From positions 1 to 64,000 of IMG/VR virus record IMGVR_UViG_3300035670_000085: a stretch of 64,000 nt of DNA. One strand, given 5' to 3'. Position numbers and translations under genes: made by a program. Under the pieces are notes generated by a model, which made no database searches, was not told the DNA's origin, and was given only the letters and a program-made list of their open reading frames with translations. This DNA comes from a virus. Shown here piece by piece: positions 59,882 to 64,000 of this stretch. The stretch's first letter is position 1; each line of letters opens with the position of its first letter.

Positions 59882-60418
59882 TTATAGTGTTATTAGTTCA
59901 AAAGTTCTATAAATATTTGAATTCTTTCCATCAATAAACATATCATAATTAATCAAATCCATCTCTTCTTTCAATTGCTCATCAAACTCATAACGAGCAT
60001 AACCATTATTAAATATCCATTCACATATTTTTTCATCAGATTCAAATTTCTTTAAATTTTCTAAAAAAATTTTCTTATCTTTTTGAGTTAATATTTTCAT
60101 TTCATTATCAGATAAAGTTGTTGCTGTATATCCTCCATATTTTTTTGTATTTCTGTCTGGTCTCCAATGCACTTGAATTCCAAAACTTTTTTCTTTAGAA
60201 TACCACAAATATCTATCTTCGATATTTGTTTTTTTATTGTCAATAAGCCAATCTATTCCTTTTTTAAGTAAATTTTCATATACTGTAATATCCTCTCCAA
60301 CTCTTTCATGATACCTGACAACAGAATGTTCTGTATCATAAATAAAATATCCTTTATATGTCAAGACTTTTTTAAAATATTCTTTTATAGGAAATAATGG
60401 TTCATATCGAGTTACCAT
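59882..60418 (-). CDS. hypothetical protein with a weak tag-like N-terminus
   Basis: MVTRYEPLFPIKE; HS..RY.ER. Confidence 0.5.
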   Translation of the reverse strand: MVTRYEPLFPIKEYFKKVLTYKGYFIYDTEHSVVRYHERVGEDITVYENLLKKGIDWLIDNKKTNIEDRYLWYSKEKSFGIQVHWRPDRNTKKYGGYTATTLSDNEMKILTQKDKKIFLENLKKFESDEKICEWIFNNGYARYEFDEQLKEEMDLINYDMFIDGKNSNIYRTFELITL

Positions 60419-60615
60419 ATTTCCTCCGCTACAATCTCATCACGACATGTTAGATATCGACCAGTAATATAAAAATCTGACCTATTATAATTTGTTTTCC
60501 AGACTTCATTACAATCGATAATACCAGTAATAATATTTTCAGCAGTATCGATCCATTTAGTAGAACTGAATTTTGAATTACAAACCTCAAAAGTATGTGT
60601 CATTTTACTACTCAT
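60412..60615 (-). CDS. hypothetical protein
   Basis: GGAG RBS. Confidence 0.45.
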   Translation of the reverse strand: MSSKMTHTFEVCNSKFSSTKWIDTAENIITGIIDCNEVWKTNYNRSDFYITGRYLTCRDEIVAEEIW

Positions 60616-60617
60616 TG

Positions 60618-60974
60618 TTACTCTCCTTTTTCTTCTTTATTATTACATTCCTCTTCTTCATTATCATAATCATCTTCTTCCCAATAAATCTCATCCCCTT
60701 TAGTAAAAATCATTTCATATATTTCTTCTTCCATAATATCTAGCAAATCTTCTGGAACTTCCATAAAAAATACTTGATTTTTCATAAAATAAAAATGAAC
60801 TATGTATTCATCAAATTCAGGATCATCTCCACAATCTGAAAATAACGGACTGTCCGGATTATTACATGGTGGAGCCGGTCTTGTTGGAGTAAATCCTTTA
60901 ACTTGAATAAGTACATCAAAATTTCCATTATCTAATTTCAAAGAGGAAATAAAATCAAAATCTAATTTTTTCAT
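60618..60974 (-). CDS. acidic hypothetical protein
   Basis: D/E-rich ORF. Confidence 0.55.
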   Translation of the reverse strand: MKKLDFDFISSLKLDNGNFDVLIQVKGFTPTRPAPPCNNPDSPLFSDCGDDPEFDEYIVHFYFMKNQVFFMEVPEDLLDIMEEEIYEMIFTKGDEIYWEEDDYDNEEEECNNKEEKGE

Positions 60975-61186
60975 TATTTTACCCTTATTATTTTATTTTC
61001 GATATTAGCTATTTGACTTTTAATAGCTATGAGATTCTTTTTTAAGGATGGCAAAATACTCCCATAATATTCTTGCATATAAGGAGAAGTAGCATAGGCT
61101 TTTTCTCCTCTTGCATATTCTCTTGCATCATTATAAATAGCAGTATGTTTATCAAGCATTTTGTATAATTTGATTAAATCAGTCAT
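60974..61186 (-). CDS. hypothetical early protein
   Basis: AAGGAG RBS; 19-mer promoter at 61211. Confidence 0.6.
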   Translation of the reverse strand: MTDLIKLYKMLDKHTAIYNDAREYARGEKAYATSPYMQEYYGSILPSLKKNLIAIKSQIANIENKIIRVK

Positions 61187-61339
61187 ATTAATTCTCCTTA
61201 ATCTAATCTAATATATACAATATAATATAATATATAAAAAATGTAAACAACTTTTTTATAAAAATAAAAAAAAGTTCAATTTTTTAGTGTAAATTGAACT
61301 TAAAGATTGATATAAAAATTTTTATATATTAAATAAAAA

Positions 61340-61678
61340 TTATTCAATTCCGCATTGAATAGGTCTTCCATATTCATCGAGTTTATACATAACATTTAGA
61401 ATCATTTGTTTTTCTGTTTGAGTATGCTTTTTACCATTTTTTATTATTGTAGACGTAACAACATACATAACTTGATTATTTTGACATACTTCAATCATTG
61501 ATACATTTGATTCTAGAATAGCACTAACATCTTGATACATTAGATCTGGATAATTTTTTTCCTCCACAGTATTATTAGTCACATTAGTTATTTTTTTATT
61601 TCCTGTATCATCATCACAGGAGAAATACAAAAAAGATAAACACACTACAATAAAACATAGAAAAATTTGTTTAATCAT
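61340..61678 (-). CDS. predicted lipoprotein
   Basis: Signal peptide ending FLYFSC. Confidence 0.55.
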   Translation of the reverse strand: MIKQIFLCFIVVCLSFLYFSCDDDTGNKKITNVTNNTVEEKNYPDLMYQDVSAILESNVSMIEVCQNNQVMYVVTSTIIKNGKKHTQTEKQMILNVMYKLDEYGRPIQCGIE

Positions 61679-62124
61679 TCGACCTCCTTAATATATTTAA
61701 CTTTATTTTTAATAAAAATTTCAATAGCAGTTTGATAAGTATTTTCTCCCAAAATATGAAAAATTAAATTAAGATACATATCAGCATATTCTATACCATG
61801 GGGAGCAATATCTCTATCAAAATAAATTCTATCACAAATTCCATGTGCTATTTCATGTAAAATTGTTGCTTGATTTTTAGACCATTTAGGAAGTTTCATA
61901 GCTATTGTATAATTATCTTCCAACCACCCATATGCTACATTTCCTTTACTGCAATAAACATGAATGTGTTTTATATTGAATTTTTTAAACCATTTATTAG
62001 CAAGAATTTCATTAAGAAAAATTTGTATTTCCGATAAATTTTTATAAAATTTCAATTCAGATTTATATTTCCGTCTGAATTGCCTATCAGAGTCATATAT
62101 TTTTTGTCTTTGAAAGTCTCTCAT
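61675..62124 (-). CDS. SprT-like/zincin metalloprotein
   Basis: TILHEIAH...HG.EYA. Confidence 0.65.
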   Translation of the reverse strand: MRDFQRQKIYDSDRQFRRKYKSELKFYKNLSEIQIFLNEILANKWFKKFNIKHIHVYCSKGNVAYGWLEDNYTIAMKLPKWSKNQATILHEIAHGICDRIYFDRDIAPHGIEYADMYLNLIFHILGENTYQTAIEIFIKNKVKYIKEVE

Positions 62125-62423
62125 ATTTTATATAATTCATTTAATCTTTTTAAATATGAAGTTGCTCCTGTATCTCCACTTGTATACCATTCTAATTCTT
62201 TAGCTCTAATAGCTAATTGTCTCAAATCAACAATAAATCTCTTCACTTCATCAAGAATAATTTCTCGTTCCTCATCTGTAGCATCTGATAACAAATCATA
62301 TTTATGATCTGTATCATTCCCATACTTTTCACATATTACTCCATCATTAATAAAATCTCTTTCAATTTCATCTGCAAGATATTCTAAATATCTATATTGA
62401 TATTGATAGTGTCCACCACTCAT
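62121..62423 (-). CDS. hypothetical phage protein
   Basis: MSGGHY.Y...EWY.SGD.G motif. Confidence 0.6.
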   Translation of the reverse strand: MSGGHYQYQYRYLEYLADEIERDFINDGVICEKYGNDTDHKYDLLSDATDEEREIILDEVKRFIVDLRQLAIRAKELEWYTSGDTGATSYLKRLNELYKI

Positions 62424-62425
62424 TG

Positions 62426-63094
62426 TTATATTTCCTCCAATATTACATCCCTCAATTTTAGTTGATTCTTTATTTGAACCATAAAAAATATACCCGGATC
62501 TTTCTTAATAGTTCGCATATCACTTTTTTCTTTCCATAAATCAGTTTTTTCGAACTTTCTATACTCATAATGTCCAATAACATATTTAATAGTCGGATAT
62601 TTTGAAATTAAGTATTCACATAGTTGTACATTTGCAATCATTTGTTCTTGTGTCAAATCATTATATCCAATATTCTCTATTCCAATAGAGCACCAATCTA
62701 GTCCTATACAATGTCTTCCAATTAACAAATCTGGCATAAGTCTATAAACAGTTCCATCTCGATCAATAATAAATTGAGTACCAACATTTAATCTTCCATA
62801 TCTTCGTATATAATTCCAAGATTTATAGTAACGACCTCTTAAAGAATCATCAAAAAAATATTCACGTATATTATCAACAGAATTACTATGATAACGAGAT
62901 TCTGTACTGTGAATAACAATAATTTTAGGATCTATTTGAACTTGTGCTTTTCCATATCTAATTCTTGTGTATTCTTTGATGTTTTTAATACGTTGTTCTG
63001 TTACTGGAATAGATTTATCCTCAATAATCAAAGTATCATTTGTTATTGAAGATAAAAATAAGATAGAACTTAAAATAATTAAATACGGTTTCAT
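62426..63094 (-). CDS. N-acetylmuramoyl-L-alanine amidase (Amidase_2) with signal peptide
   Basis: IVIHST, FIIDRDG.VY, H..G...SIGIEN.G, GHYE, KKDPG. Confidence 0.85.
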   Translation of the reverse strand: MKPYLIILSSILFLSSITNDTLIIEDKSIPVTEQRIKNIKEYTRIRYGKAQVQIDPKIIVIHSTESRYHSNSVDNIREYFFDDSLRGRYYKSWNYIRRYGRLNVGTQFIIDRDGTVYRLMPDLLIGRHCIGLDWCSIGIENIGYNDLTQEQMIANVQLCEYLISKYPTIKYVIGHYEYRKFEKTDLWKEKSDMRTIKKDPGIFFMVQIKNQLKLRDVILEEI

Positions 63095-63345
63095 TTCTGT
63101 TCTTTACCACGCTTAACTGATTTATTTATACAGTCAGAACAATATAATTCTGGTCCACAATAATCATCATCTAGAGTATATCCAATTATGTTTTTACAAC
63201 CTGTGCCTTGACACTCTAATAGGTGTACTACATTTGGGTTTTCACAATCACATTCAGCTCCCCACAATTTAGAAGGGTATTGTTTTCCACAATTCAGACA
63301 AAGATCTTTGTTTGCGATTTGCTGAAGAGTCTCTTGTTTTGTCAT
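63091..63345 (-). CDS. Cys-rich zinc-finger protein
   Basis: CLNC, CDC, CQGTGC, CSDC. Confidence 0.55.
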   Translation of the reverse strand: MTKQETLQQIANKDLCLNCGKQYPSKLWGAECDCENPNVVHLLECQGTGCKNIIGYTLDDDYCGPELYCSDCINKSVKRGKEQK

Positions 63346-63481
63346 ATATCCTCCCTAAGTATTGTTTTGAATAAATAAAGTTCCTGTACATGTTTAGGAA
63401 GTTGTTCCCAATAATCTCTTACATCTAAACTATTTTTGGTTTCCTCACAATATAATTCCCATGCTAATTCTTCTCGTTTTG

Positions 63482-63688
63482 TCATATTATTTTTCTCCCC
63501 TCAAAATAATGTTTTCTACATACTGGACATTGAATATCAATATTGTTATCTAAATCTTCATTGGTGATGAAAACCAACTCATCCTCATAAAGACAATGTA
63601 ATATTTTTCCCTGTGCTATTAACTCATCATGTGTGTATAATTGATAGGTATCACGAATAGAGCATGTTTGTAATTTAAGTTTTTCCAT
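63482..63688 (-). CDS. small zinc-ribbon protein
   Basis: CPVC; GGAG RBS. Confidence 0.5.
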   Translation of the reverse strand: MEKLKLQTCSIRDTYQLYTHDELIAQGKILHCLYEDELVFITNEDLDNNIDIQCPVCRKHYFEGRKII

Positions 63689-63703
63689 TATTCTTCTCCA
63701 ATA

Positions 63704-63946
63704 TTATAAATTATTTATTATTTTATACAAGTCTTGTTCAAGTTCAGAATTTTCTATACCAGTATGTTGTTCGGCTACATATTTAAAAGCTTCACATAAT
63801 CTCTCATGTATAACACTTTTTAATTTTATCATTAAATCAACACAGGTATCTGCTTGAATATAACTATTTTTTTGAATATTTTCTATAGTTATTTTTTCAG
63901 CATATTCTTCTGCAATTGAAACAAAATCCTGTGTGTAAATTTCCAT
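63704..63946 (-). CDS. hypothetical protein
   Basis: GGAG RBS. Confidence 0.55.
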   Translation of the reverse strand: MEIYTQDFVSIAEEYAEKITIENIQKNSYIQADTCVDLMIKLKSVIHERLCEAFKYVAEQHTGIENSELEQDLYKIINNL

Positions 63947-64000
63947 TATTTTTCTCCAATAAGTATTTCTAAACAGTGTGTTCCAACATCAATGAAAATA

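Noticed and set aside
2206-62307. Other overlapping or opposite-strand track ORFs (e.g. 4192, 7499, 9182, 15281, 18464, 22648, 22775, 27756, 41197, 47314, 48673, 57737)
   Set aside because: They lie within well-supported genes, have shadow-like composition and lack an RBS.
1-64000. Stop-codon reassignment
   Set aside because: Conserved genes are intact in the standard code, and TAA, TAG and TGA all end genes at sensible positions.

Overview
This is a 64-kb, very AT-rich segment of a large dsDNA phage, distantly T4-like. It reads in the standard genetic code, and I saw no tRNA, rRNA or CRISPR array. The left part is a replication/recombination module: AEP primase-like protein, gp32-like SSB, RecA, SbcC/gp46, beta clamp, SNF2 helicase, DHH phosphoesterase, 5'-3' exonuclease and DnaB. 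Accessory genes follow (two secreted astacin metalloproteases, Hsp20, glycosyltransferases), then late/structural genes, an intein-containing T5-A1-like metallophosphoesterase and four free-standing homing endonucleases. The head module holds the portal, a fused prohead protease-scaffold and the major capsid protein. The right end is a minus-strand early region with a DenV-like glycosylase, a sigma-like protein and an amidase. The standout feature is about 24 otherwise unrelated ORFs that share a 9-10 aa N-terminal tag, M-K-R-Y-K-[SP]-[LIV]-[FLI]-(K)-E; 21 of them lie in a 9-kb array between the portal and protease genes. The tag is conserved as protein (its codons vary), ends in a T4-gp21-type Glu cleavage site and is echoed in the capsid propeptide. 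It is best read as a capsid-targeting signal that loads a large, swappable set of internal/ejected effector proteins. Other notable signals are three distinct promoter classes, a nested scaffold gene with its own late promoter and RBS, five tandem TC-AAAA-GA hairpins in the capsid 5' UTR, and a candidate late structured ncRNA at about 37.7-37.9 kb. All family calls come from motif recognition by eye, not database searches.
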